A DNA stretch of 25,256 nucleotides. It comes from a virus. The stretch lies in the IMG/VR virus record IMGVR_UViG_3300037467_003078. One strand, given 5' to 3'. Positions within the stretch are counted from its first letter, which is position 1; the number at the start of each line of letters is the position of its first letter. The notes under the pieces are model-generated. The model made no database searches. It was given only the letters and a program-made list of their open reading frames with translations, and was not told where the DNA came from. Shown in pieces: positions 1 through 8,775 of the stretch. The translations under genes and the position numbers were made by a program.

Positions 1-807
1 ACTGTAAGCTACCATCTCATTTACTTGTTCTTGATTATGGAATACAAAGAGGATAGCAGGAAATCCACCTAGGACTTTTGCCCATTTTTCTTGTCTCCAT
101 TCGCCACTTGCGAAATAACGTCTATAGTTTAATATTTTACCTTTAAGAGTTTCCATAGGCTCAGTAGCATTGTCACATTCTAGGAAGAAGAATTTTAAAT
201 GACCTTGTGCAGTATGTTTATATATGCAGAAAGCGTCAGGTATTATCTCACCTTTATTGACTCTGTTGTTGGCAGTATAGTGAAACTTTTTTCTTTGCTC
301 TGTTTTCCATGTAACTATCTCTCCTACAGTTCCTTCACTAGTGTATCCTAGTTGACGATTTAGAACATGAAGAATAGAGTAGAAGTCAAGTATTTTTAAA
401 GTGTGTTTATAATTTTGTGGGATATAATCTCTTTTACGAAACTTAAACTTTCCTGTGTGACCTTTATACTTAGCTAATACTTTTGCTCCTGCATAATCAA
501 GAATGTAATGTGCCTGTGAACTTCCTGCGTCTTTCTCAGTAGGTGGAAAGAATCGGTCTATACATTGACTATGGTATAGCCTTCTTAAACGCTTATTAGC
601 CTTATTACGCCACATAGAAGTGGTTAAGTTGCTAAACACTAGCATTTCAATTTGTTCTACTGTAAGAAAGGGATTCTTTAATAATAACATCAATATTTCA
701 ATATCTCTATCCGTTATCCAACGCATAATTTTATCAATATCTTCATCTGTAATTCTTTTATTTTCTCTTTCAAATTTGGTAATTGTTCTCTTTTCAGGTA
801 AAAACAT
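1..807 (-). CDS. Replication-relaxation (Replic_Relax, PF13814-like) family protein, 3' end outside window
   Basis: Not in the ORF track (no stop inside the window). Manual translation from ATG 807 after RBS AGGAGG gives 269 open codons: MFLPEKRT...ITDRDIEILMLLYKNPFLTVEQIEMLVF...KRLRRLY (winged-helix-like N-terminus), HTLKILDF, IIPDAF, FFLECDNATEPMETLKGKILNYRRY, FPAILFV. This is the motif order of the family. Confidence 0.85.
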   Translation of the reverse strand, partial: MFLPEKRTITKFERENKRITDEDIDKIMRWITDRDIEILMLLLKNPFLTVEQIEMLVFSNLTTSMWRNKANKRLRRLYHSQCIDRFFPPTEKDAGSSQAHYILDYAGAKVLAKYKGHTGKFKFRKRDYIPQNYKHTLKILDFYSILHVLNRQLGYTSEGTVGEIVTWKTEQRKKFHYTANNRVNKGEIIPDAFCIYKHTAQGHLKFFFLECDNATEPMETLKGKILNYRRYFASGEWRQEKWAKVLGGFPAILFVFHNQEQVNEMVAYS

Positions 808-819
808 TTAAATTCCTCC

Positions 820-848
820 TTGACTTTCATTTATTCTAAGGTTATAAT
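820..848 (+). promoter_or_regulatory. SigA-type promoter of the plus-strand accessory block
   Basis: TTGACT-17 nt-TATAAT; the -35 abuts the RBS of the divergent Replic_Relax gene. Confidence 0.8.
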
Positions 849-877
849 ATAAACATAAGATAAAGGTGGTGGTAATA

Positions 878-976
878 ATGAATCCCAAAAACATAGCCCT
901 AATATGCTTGCTTATTGGATACATTGTAGGTGCTTTAACTATTAATTTCTTATGGTATTTCACGAGTATTCAATAA
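878..976 (+). CDS. 32-aa single-TM small protein
   Basis: RBS AAAGGTGG; MNPKNIALICLLIGYIVGALTINFLWYFTSIQ; first ORF after the promoter. Confidence 0.6.
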   Translation: MNPKNIALICLLIGYIVGALTINFLWYFTSIQ

Positions 977-1040
977 TGACTGATACGTTTTAGGTGAATT
1001 AGTTATGACTAATCTAGTATATTCAAAGGAGAGTGGTATT

Positions 1041-1229
1041 ATGAAAAGATTTTTTAATGGTTTTCTTTCAAAATTTCTAGATAAATTATTTGTAGGATTG
1101 TTTGCACTTTTATTGTTGGGCTTAATGGCATATCTTGTTGCTACATATCTTATAGCCTTCTTAGTTGTCCTAGTTGTTCTTGTGTTAGGGTATTTAGTAG
1201 GACACGCAATTATAAGAAAACTTATTTAG
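1041..1229 (+). CDS. small membrane protein (paralog of 1242-1460)
   Basis: RBS AAGGAG before ATG 1041; long hydrophobic stretch. Confidence 0.75.
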   Translation: MKRFFNGFLSKFLDKLFVGLFALLLLGLMAYLVATYLIAFLVVLVVLVLGYLVGHAIIRKLI

Positions 1230-1241
1230 GAGAGTGATAAT

Positions 1242-1460
1242 ATGTTAAAAAGACTATTTAGTGGTTTTTTCAATGATATTTCTGAAAAGATTTTTATAGG
1301 TTGCATTGTGTTATTGGCAATTGTCGTAGTTTTTGGACTCTTATCCTTCATAATGACCCATATGTGGGCATTAATAGTAGCAGGAGTAGTGCTAGCAATA
1401 TTAGTTCTTTCACATATCATAGGACACTTTATATGGTCAGCAGGAGGAGATGGAGAATGA
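1242..1460 (+). CDS. small membrane protein (paralog of 1041-1229)
   Basis: RBS AGGAG; KRLFSGFFNDISEKIFIG versus KRFFNGFLSKFLDKLFVG; two TM segments. Confidence 0.75.
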   Translation: MLKRLFSGFFNDISEKIFIGCIVLLAIVVVFGLLSFIMTHMWALIVAGVVLAILVLSHIIGHFIWSAGGDGE

Positions 1461-1714
1461 GTGACTTTCTAGCATTTCTATTTGCCATGTATACAATAGC
1501 TAGCTTTTTGTTTTCTTTATTTGTACTATTTAATCATGAAGAAATATTTGAAAAAGGATTTAAAGTCAAACATTTGATTCTAAGCATTGTATTTTTACCC
1601 ACTACAATATTTGCTTTGTTTGCTACAGCAGTTGGATTATCAGTTATTAAAATAGCTGAGTTCTTTGAAAACAGACAAAAGTTAAAAAAATTTCTAAATA
1701 AACGATTATTTTAG
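1457..1714 (+). CDS. small membrane protein, two TM segments
   Basis: ATGA overlap with upstream stop and GGAG RBS; MSDFLAFLFAM... (track start at 1301 is probably too long). Confidence 0.7.
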   Translation: MSDFLAFLFAMYTIASFLFSLFVLFNHEEIFEKGFKVKHLILSIVFLPTTIFALFATAVGLSVIKIAEFFENRQKLKKFLNKRLF

Positions 1715-1726
1715 GAGAGTGACAAT

Positions 1727-2065
1727 ATGACAAAATTACCTTTTGAAATCATGTCTGACTTTGTGTGTGAGAACAGTAACTTTGAATTTAATGGAGTCAA
1801 GTATTCTCATGTAACGAATATAAAATCAACGGAAGATAGTGACGGTAAGTATTGGACTTCTATTTACAAGACAACTATAGGAGATGGAGTTAGCTACTTT
1901 GCAGAGTTCTATTTCGGTGTAAAAGTATTCTTAACTAAATACGGACATAAGCACTATTCATATGACCATGAGTATAACGACACTACATTATTTGAAGTTA
2001 AAAAAGAACAACAGACAGAAGTCGTATGGAAAAGGTTGTGGCAAGATGGATTTAAAACGATATGA
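1727..2065 (+). CDS. hypothetical phage protein
   Basis: RBS AGGAG; 112-aa ORF in tiled operon. Confidence 0.7.
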   Translation: MTKLPFEIMSDFVCENSNFEFNGVKYSHVTNIKSTEDSDGKYWTSIYKTTIGDGVSYFAEFYFGVKVFLTKYGHKHYSYDHEYNDTTLFEVKKEQQTEVVWKRLWQDGFKTI

Positions 2066-2303
2066 AGTCACTTTCTTTAACCGTTTCGCCAATCAAACTC
2101 AAACATTCAGAGTAATGGCAAAGAATGAATTTAGAGCAGGAAGGCTATTCTACATAAGATATAACAGGAGAGCCTACAAGGACTGCATTGAAAGTATTTG
2201 TGAAGTAAGAGACCACTACTGGACAGAAGAAGAACTATTAGAATGGAAAAGCAGAAAAGAAAAGGAAAGCAAAGATTTTAATATAGATTGGAGTTGGAAC
2301 TAA
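2046..2303 (+). CDS. hypothetical protein
   Basis: Probable start MDLKRYEV at 2046, overlapping the upstream gene end. Confidence 0.6.
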   Translation: MDLKRYEVTFFNRFANQTQTFRVMAKNEFRAGRLFYIRYNRRAYKDCIESICEVRDHYWTEEELLEWKSRKEKESKDFNIDWSWN

Positions 2304-2383
2304 TGGAATTTAAAGAATACATGTTTTCATTACCCGAAATTACTGAAATGATTTATAAAGCTAAAAACAAAGATGAGGAGTGA
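2303..2383 (+). CDS. 26-aa hypothetical peptide
   Basis: TAATG coupling and GGAG; MEFKEYMFSLPEITEMIYKAKNKDEE fills the gap. Confidence 0.4.
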   Translation: MEFKEYMFSLPEITEMIYKAKNKDEE

Positions 2384-2387
2384 TTCT

Positions 2388-2636
2388 ATGTTGACGTATA
2401 GCGAAAAATTTTTTATAGACGACACCAACTATATACAGTTAACAATAACAGGTGCAAACTCTTGGTTAGTTGAAGTCAATCATATCGAAAAGAAAAAACT
2501 TCCCTTTATCTCTTATAACAAAAAAGAGAGAATTTCATTCGGAAGATACAGTAAAGATTTGAAAGTTCGTGACATAATAGACCAACATACTGAATATGCA
2601 AAAGAACTAGTTAGAGATTGGAAGAAGTTTGAATAA
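2388..2636 (+). CDS. hypothetical protein
   Basis: RBS GAGGAG before ATG 2388. Confidence 0.65.
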   Translation: MLTYSEKFFIDDTNYIQLTITGANSWLVEVNHIEKKKLPFISYNKKERISFGRYSKDLKVRDIIDQHTEYAKELVRDWKKFE

Positions 2637-2648
2637 GGAAGTGATAGT

Positions 2649-3257
2649 ATGAGTAAAATTTGGCTGTGGGGAGACCCCCACTTCTCCCATAAAAATATTT
2701 TAAAACATGAGCCTGTGCGACCATTCATTGACGTAGAACATATGGATAATGTTATTATTGAAAACTATAATAATACAGTTGATGATGGTGACATTGTGTT
2801 TTGGTTAGGAGACATGTTCTTCTGTAACTCAGAGAGAACAAATTATATTACTAAGCGTCTAAATTTAGACGGTAAGCGTAATATCTTAGTTCGTGGAAAT
2901 CACGACAGGAGAGATAGTGATACCAAGTTCAGACGACTAGGTTTTATGCCAACTAAAATGTATATGATTAGTGGAATGATGTTAACACATCACCCTATGA
3001 CACCTCAGAATCTTGCTTGGTTAAAGCATTATAACCCTGCTTTCATTGGTAATGTTCATGCTCATACTCATAGTGCTGATACTGGATTATCTCCTGCATT
3101 ATGGCAATGTGTGTCAATGGAGAAGGTTGACTACAAGCCTATCATGTGGTCAGATGTTCGTAAGCGTTTCTTAGATGTAGAAAAAATCATGGAATGGTGT
3201 GAGAATGGTGGAGATAACTCAAATTACTTTAAAACAGGAGACCACATTAGGAGGTAG
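2649..3257 (+). CDS. calcineurin-like metallophosphoesterase (phage type)
   Basis: Motifs GDPHF, LGD, GNHD, HHP, HAHTH. Confidence 0.9.
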   Translation: MSKIWLWGDPHFSHKNILKHEPVRPFIDVEHMDNVIIENYNNTVDDGDIVFWLGDMFFCNSERTNYITKRLNLDGKRNILVRGNHDRRDSDTKFRRLGFMPTKMYMISGMMLTHHPMTPQNLAWLKHYNPAFIGNVHAHTHSADTGLSPALWQCVSMEKVDYKPIMWSDVRKRFLDVEKIMEWCENGGDNSNYFKTGDHIRR

Positions 3258-3262
3258 GTAAT

Positions 3263-3502
3263 ATGAGTAAAGTAATACCGTCTAATATTAAATCATTAAC
3301 TGAGGAACTCGCAGTGTACAATAAGGAATTAACCGAACTAAGCAACAGAGCAAGAGAGGTAAGGAGAAGTAAAAGTGAGGCATATAGAGAGATACAAAGG
3401 CTATGTAGACTTAATAGGCATAAATTCACTGATGGAACTTCTGCTTGGAAAGAATACTACGCATATGGTGGCTGTGAAATATGTGGAGAGAATGACCTTT
3501 AA
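3263..3502 (+). CDS. hypothetical protein, coiled coil plus C-terminal CxxC
   Basis: RBS AGGAGG; C-x4-H ... CEIC. Confidence 0.7.
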   Translation: MSKVIPSNIKSLTEELAVYNKELTELSNRAREVRRSKSEAYREIQRLCRLNRHKFTDGTSAWKEYYAYGGCEICGENDL

Positions 3503-3510
3503 TTTCCCAC

Positions 3511-3537
3511 AGGTAGGACTAATCTCCTACCTTTTTT
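3511..3537 (+). terminator. intrinsic terminator between convergent genes
   Basis: AGGTAGGA-ctaatc-TCCTACCT followed by a T-run. Confidence 0.8.
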
Positions 3538-3541
3538 GCGT

Positions 3542-3775
3542 TCAATATTCTAAATCAAATACTCTACCTAGTGCCTCGTCAAATGTAATGTTTAATTCAT
3601 CTGCTACATCTTGAACCACCTTGTCTTTATCTCGGTCAGGTACGTCTTTCATAAAGTCAACACAGTCTCCTTTGTATAGTACTGCTCCTTCCTTCATACA
3701 CGCCTCTTGTGTAAGTCCGTAGTCGCAACCAGTCAAGGATACTAGAACAAATACTAGTGGGATTAAAAACTTCAT
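3542..3775 (-). CDS. small lipoprotein
   Basis: Signal peptide with lipobox LTGC; RBS AAAGGAGG. Confidence 0.8.
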   Translation of the reverse strand: MKFLIPLVFVLVSLTGCDYGLTQEACMKEGAVLYKGDCVDFMKDVPDRDKDKVVQDVADELNITFDEALGRVFDLEY

Positions 3776-3867
3776 TTGAGTACCACCTCCTTTCCGTATA
3801 CTACCTTTATTTCCATCTTTACAATATTATATACATATAATTCAAAAATATTACAAATACTATAAAA

Positions 3868-6276
3868 TTAGATTATATCTTTTAGGTTCTTAATTAGTTC
3901 TTCATCTAGTTGTGTCTCATAATCAATATCCTCTATGTCATCTGACAGTGCCAAATTAGATAATACTTCCTCGTAACGCTTATCAACAATTGCCTCAACT
4001 TCATGAAGTGGTTTAGAATATAATTTTCGACTATTTTCTGCTATAATTTCTAAGTCTCCTGCAATATTATCTCTAGGTGAATCGTCTTTTGTATGATAGT
4101 TAAATGGTATTTTAATTGTAAATGGATTTGTAGGTTGACCGTTAACAGATATTTGTGCTACACCATGTAAGTTAGGGAAAGCACTTAAATCCTCTTTCCT
4201 ATAGAAGTCTTTCCACATCTCTGCATATGTGTTATCTAAATCTTTCTTGCCGATTTTTAAAGCGACTATATTAGGCTTGTTACCAATTAATGCGTCATAT
4301 ACTCGTTTATTATTAGATTTTATTTGGTCTAAATACTGAAATCCTAGCACAATTCCTAATCTGAACTTCCTAGATTGGGACAGCATGATAGGGAAATTAT
4401 CATTTATAATATCGTCTGCCTCGTCACTTGCTAGGAAACATGGCTTTCTTTCGTGGATAGGTTGATTTACTCTTGATAGAGACGCTAACCATATCTTGCT
4501 GATTACTAAGCTAGCTATTAATTGCCATGCACCTATCAAAATACCTTTAGGTATTGTCACTACTACTATCTTTCCACTGTCCATCATGTCTCTAAAATTA
4601 TAATTCTGTGTACCTTGACAAAGGATATTTCTTATGATTGGAGACTCTACAAAGCTACCTATCTTGTTAATACTAGGCATTACCATTCTCATTTTCTGAC
4701 CTATATTGTAATTTGTTTGGAACGTATGCCAAAAACTCCAACAGAAAGGTGCTTTATTTCTAATTTGCATTGTTATTTCATCACGATATTGGTCATCTAC
4801 TAGCATACGGAACATTTCCATGATAGTTCCACCAGTTTCAATGGTAGCAGTAATGTTGTTTCGTGTTATATATTCTGTTTGAGGACCAAAATTCGTCCCC
4901 CACATTTTCTTGAATATGGATATTAGTTCGTTTTTAGCTATATCTTTAACGAACATTTCATCTACTCTACTGCTATTCTTATCCTTTCCTAATGACACAA
5001 ACTCAACTAAATCTAATGATGGTGGATTATATAAATCTCCGAAATTTAACCACACCACTCTATCATGCTCTGATTTGGGTAACTGAGATAGGAAGTCTAA
5101 CGACATATCACCTTGGGTATCTATCAGTATGACGCTATTTCCTGCTAATGCTCTAGCTAACATCATATTGATAATCATCGTTGTCTTTCCTCCTCCCATT
5201 CCCCCTGTTAACATAAATGGGTGAACGAAGTCCTCTACGTTTTGTGGATTCATAAATGTTTCGTGCATTAATGAGTTATATAGTCCATGAGCAAAGAATA
5301 GTCCTTTGTCTAGTCCTTGTGGGATAGGAAGTGTCTTTAGTGCTTTCTTCAATTCAGGCACATTAATAGCTTGATTAGTTAGTCTTACGATAGGGCATAA
5401 CTCTTTTGTTGTTACTACGTTATTAGTCCATCTATCTACTTTCCTCTCTCTAACAAACTTCATTGTTCTCTCTGAGTTAGTCTTTACTCGTCTCCATTCA
5501 TTATCATAATCCAATTCTATAAAACTATTTGCTAGTTCTGATAGTCTAGTGCTACTTGAATTAGGGTCAGGTGACTCTGCTACTAAACGTATATCTGTAT
5601 TAAAGGCAGGTAGGGCTATCTTCTTCTGAGTGCCTTTTAATTCTTCTCTCTCGATAGGTGTGTTCTTGTTTTCTCCATTTCCACCTAAATTGTAGAAAAA
5701 TTCTATCACTTTGAAAAATCCTGCGATAGAGTATAATATTCCACTACCAACATTAAACTTCTTAGGCTTATTCGGTTTCTTTCCATTAAATAACATATCT
5801 CGATACTTTGCGTATGCCTTACCTTGCCATGTATTGTTGATAGGTAGCATTGTAATCTGTAATAACATTCTTTCATTCTCGTCTAGTCTACTCATAGAAT
5901 TTAATATTGAATTTAATGGTGTATCTCCTGTGTCCATTTTTGTAGAAAACATATGATGTTTGTTTAAGTCCATCTGAGCAGTAAATGGTTTTTCAAATTT
6001 ATTTGTATGGTCTTCCTCTACCTTACGCACTTCAGAACTTGGATAAGCGTCTTTTATTCGACTCTTAATCAATCTCTCCATGTTGCTAGGGACTACTACA
6101 TAAAAGCTAATCTTATCTTTCTCTGCAAACACCTCCCACGATATTCTTGTGGGATTCTTCCAGTTACGTTTCTTGTGTGGCTCAATGGTACGATAGAAGG
6201 AACGGAGAAGTCTCTCCGAGTCCTCTAAAGTACTGTTATCTAATACGTTTGTTAATTCAAGTATAGAGTTACTCAA
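3868..6276 (-). CDS. virD4: VirD4/TraD-like coupling ATPase (HerA/FtsK superfamily)
   Basis: Walker A GGMGGGKT, IDTQGD, Walker B LASDEA, SRKFRLGIVLGFQYLDQ; TTG start with AAGGAGG; neighbour of VirB4. Confidence 0.8.
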   Translation of the reverse strand: MSNSILELTNVLDNSTLEDSERLLRSFYRTIEPHKKRNWKNPTRISWEVFAEKDKISFYVVVPSNMERLIKSRIKDAYPSSEVRKVEEDHTNKFEKPFTAQMDLNKHHMFSTKMDTGDTPLNSILNSMSRLDENERMLLQITMLPINNTWQGKAYAKYRDMLFNGKKPNKPKKFNVGSGILYSIAGFFKVIEFFYNLGGNGENKNTPIEREELKGTQKKIALPAFNTDIRLVAESPDPNSSSTRLSELANSFIELDYDNEWRRVKTNSERTMKFVRERKVDRWTNNVVTTKELCPIVRLTNQAINVPELKKALKTLPIPQGLDKGLFFAHGLYNSLMHETFMNPQNVEDFVHPFMLTGGMGGGKTTMIINMMLARALAGNSVILIDTQGDMSLDFLSQLPKSEHDRVVWLNFGDLYNPPSLDLVEFVSLGKDKNSSRVDEMFVKDIAKNELISIFKKMWGTNFGPQTEYITRNNITATIETGGTIMEMFRMLVDDQYRDEITMQIRNKAPFCWSFWHTFQTNYNIGQKMRMVMPSINKIGSFVESPIIRNILCQGTQNYNFRDMMDSGKIVVVTIPKGILIGAWQLIASLVISKIWLASLSRVNQPIHERKPCFLASDEADDIINDNFPIMLSQSRKFRLGIVLGFQYLDQIKSNNKRVYDALIGNKPNIVALKIGKKDLDNTYAEMWKDFYRKEDLSAFPNLHGVAQISVNGQPTNPFTIKIPFNYHTKDDSPRDNIAGDLEIIAENSRKLYSKPLHEVEAIVDKRYEEVLSNLALSDDIEDIDYETQLDEELIKNLKDII

Positions 6277-6512
6277 TTTAAATCCTCCTTCTTACTAATG
6301 TTAACAACAGTAGCGTTTTCAAACATATCCAACATCTGTTCCTCTGTATCAGCAGTAATGATTTCATCAGCATTAAGGTAGTTCATTAGGGCAGGAATTA
6401 TTAATGCTCTTGGTAGTTGTGGTGCTAGTCTTTCTGCGTCTGATACTATTTTTGTTACTTCCATTACTGCACAACTTTTGCCTTCGTTAAACCATAAAAG
6501 GTATGTCTTCAT
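6273..6512 (-). CDS. hypothetical protein coupled between virB4 and virD4
   Basis: 4-nt overlaps at both ends, AAGGAGG RBS. Confidence 0.7.
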   Translation of the reverse strand: MKTYLLWFNEGKSCAVMEVTKIVSDAERLAPQLPRALIIPALMNYLNADEIITADTEEQMLDMFENATVVNISKKEDLN

Positions 6513-8323
6513 ATTTTTATCCTCCTTATCTTATCCATCGGATTAGTTGAAAGAATTTCCTCCTCTCTAGTCGAATAATCTACTTTAAATTTTGTTTTAT
6601 ATAGGTCTGTATATAAATATCCGTATCCTATTGGACAAGTTTTAAGGTAGACTTTCTCATTTCTTGATAGGTCAAATAGTTTTTCCACTTCCTCTAAATC
6701 ATTTTCTCCTTGTCGTAAAAATACTTTGATAGAGCAGTTGTCGAATATCATTTGTCCTTCCTCGGTCATTAAGAAGTCTCTTACATTTTGAGTGATAAAT
6801 GTTGGGGCAGTACCACTCTTGCGAATCTCTTTAACTACTTGTAATAATAAGGATTTATCCTCTCTTAGTATATTATGAAATTCCTCTATTACTAGAACTC
6901 GTTGCTTAATGTCTTCTGCTTGTATTTGATTCCATACTGTTTTAAGAGATTTAACTTTGTCTTCACCTCCAAAGACTAATAGATGACTATTCCATTTGAT
7001 AGTAGAATCACAATCTGTTATATACTCACCTCCTAGAATGTTGCAGAACTCTTTCCATTCTCCGTTATGGTCTATTATTATAGCCTGAGTACCATTGATA
7101 ATGTGCCTTGCTGTTTCTGTTTTAGATAGCATTGACTTTCCAAAGCCTGATTTTCCTAGAATAATTTTATTAGGGTTGGGGAGATTCCAAAGGTCTACAC
7201 ATATCATTTCTGTCATGTCACTACTTAGTCCATAGAATATTCCGTCTTTATCTATAAAGTCTTGTACTGTAAAAGGTAGTAACGTTGATAATGACCGAGT
7301 ATCAAAGGCATATGATTCAAGCATATGGTCATCACATAATGGAAGTACTGATTTGATTCCTCTATGAACCTCTCTCCGACACGTTCGATAAGTTAATCCA
7401 CACTGACGAATGTAACTTTCTAGTTCAGCAGAACGATAGTTCAATATTTCGTGATTGGGGGCAGAAAGAGTAATGTAGAAAGATGTCTCCATCATATTAC
7501 ATTCACCACTAGCTAGCTTACGAAGTAAATCCTCAGTGTCGCTTAATCTAACTCTTAATTCACTAGACACTACATCTCCATTGTTCTCTTGTACGTCCAT
7601 CGTAGATTGTAATTTAGCCATCTGTAGTTCTAATTGCTTAATAACTTTACTCCTTCCAATAGGGTGTAAGTGTTGTGTCAATTCAATAGGATAATGATAA
7701 CCTAGGATAGGCTTTAACCAATTAGGGTAAATTGTTCTAGGATAGTCCATTACAACATATGTCCGTTTTACCTCCTCACCATAAACAAAGTAATCCACTT
7801 CTTCCTTGATAAAGGAAGGTAAATGGTAAAGGCTTTGAAGTTCCTCACCTTTGACTTGAACAACTGAGATGTTAAGGTTTGAGAGGGTTTGTTTGACTGT
7901 GTTAAAAACTCCTTCAAGGTATGACTTTCCTTCTTCATAGCTACATCTCCTGTCTGTTTTTATAATCAAATAATTGACTTTATCTAACTTGTTAGCTGAC
8001 ACCTCCTTTAAGTATTCTGCGTAACTTTCGCCATACTCTTTCACCTTTTCATTGTTTGACGATAGAATATTAGACTCTAAGCGTGATGTTTGAGATGAAA
8101 AATCGAGTGGGAGTTTACGAAAAATAATCTGAGCCTGACTATGGAAAGACCTTAATACATCTTGAAATACGGATAGCGTAGATACCTTATCTATATCACT
8201 TTTATTTTCAATGTCAATGCTCTGTATCTTCATAACAAGCAACCAATTACCTTTATGCTGTACTAGGTTGTCTTGTACCGTAGTTGATTTTAATAGTGTG
8301 AACCGGTTTTTCTTCAACATCAT
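6509..8323 (-). CDS. virB4: VirB4-like ATPase, shortened
   Basis: NPNKIILGKSGFGKS Walker A, IIDHNGEW, LVIEEFH Walker B, IRKSG...ITQ, IFDNCSIKVFLRQ; TRSLSTLLPF; follows prgI. Confidence 0.85.
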   Translation of the reverse strand: MMLKKNRFTLLKSTTVQDNLVQHKGNWLLVMKIQSIDIENKSDIDKVSTLSVFQDVLRSFHSQAQIIFRKLPLDFSSQTSRLESNILSSNNEKVKEYGESYAEYLKEVSANKLDKVNYLIIKTDRRCSYEEGKSYLEGVFNTVKQTLSNLNISVVQVKGEELQSLYHLPSFIKEEVDYFVYGEEVKRTYVVMDYPRTIYPNWLKPILGYHYPIELTQHLHPIGRSKVIKQLELQMAKLQSTMDVQENNGDVVSSELRVRLSDTEDLLRKLASGECNMMETSFYITLSAPNHEILNYRSAELESYIRQCGLTYRTCRREVHRGIKSVLPLCDDHMLESYAFDTRSLSTLLPFTVQDFIDKDGIFYGLSSDMTEMICVDLWNLPNPNKIILGKSGFGKSMLSKTETARHIINGTQAIIIDHNGEWKEFCNILGGEYITDCDSTIKWNSHLLVFGGEDKVKSLKTVWNQIQAEDIKQRVLVIEEFHNILREDKSLLLQVVKEIRKSGTAPTFITQNVRDFLMTEEGQMIFDNCSIKVFLRQGENDLEEVEKLFDLSRNEKVYLKTCPIGYGYLYTDLYKTKFKVDYSTREEEILSTNPMDKIRRIKI

Positions 8324-8594
8324 TTTTCAACTCCTTGTTTCTAACAGAATACTGAACTGTATTCCATACATATTTATCTAGTTCTTGACCATGACGCTTT
8401 GCTAGGGATAAGAATAGACTTGCAATAGATGACAAGATACTTCCTGCTATCTTTAAATCGAATGGGAGAGGGAGAGCACATATACCAAGTGCTCCTCCAA
8501 TTCCAAACGCTAAATAGATTATCTGCTTACCATTTAAACCGTATGCGACAGTTTCTCTAATCTTGATTCCTCTAGGAACTGTGTAAGTTTCCAT
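8253..8594 (-). CDS. prgI: PrgI/VirB3-like membrane protein
   Basis: YTVPRGIKIRETVAYGLNGKQ motif, two TM segments, GQELDKY; immediately upstream of virB4. Confidence 0.8.
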   Translation of the reverse strand: METYTVPRGIKIRETVAYGLNGKQIIYLAFGIGGALGICALPLPFDLKIAGSILSSIASLFLSLAKRHGQELDKYVWNTVQYSVRNKELKNDVEEKPVHTIKINYGTRQPSTA

Positions 8595-8695
8595 ACTTGT
8601 ATATCCTCCTTCTTTCTACTCTTTCTGAGTGCCAAGCTACCGATTAAGACAAGTTGGGCAACTTTGATGGTTGCCAGTACTGGTAAGAGTGCCAT
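8534..8695 (-). CDS. 53-aa small protein with hydrophobic N-terminus
   Basis: RBS AAAAGGAGG; MALLPVLATIKVAQLVLIGSLALRKSRKK...; overlaps the prgI start by 61 nt. Confidence 0.5.
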   Translation of the reverse strand: MALLPVLATIKVAQLVLIGSLALRKSRKKEDIQVWKLTQFLEESRLEKLSHTV

Positions 8696-8775
8696 TCAAT
8701 TTCCTCCTTTTGTACATTAAAGATATATACACGATAACCTTGTTTAGTTCCTACGCAATATTGTACTTTCTTCAC
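8644..8775 (-). CDS. 43-aa hypothetical peptide
   Basis: RBS GAGGAGG, GTG start; MKKVQYCVGTKQGYRVYIFNVQKEEIEW... Confidence 0.45.
   Translation of the reverse strand: MKKVQYCVGTKQGYRVYIFNVQKEEIEWHSYQYWQPSKLPNLS

Noticed and set aside
620-811. 63-aa plus-strand ORF in the track
   Set aside because: Antisense to the Replic_Relax gene, which has an RBS and family motifs.
8718-8750. Possible internal promoter before prgI resembling the parM upstream motif
   Set aside because: Poor fit to any sigma consensus and it lies within a 43-aa ORF that has a strong RBS.
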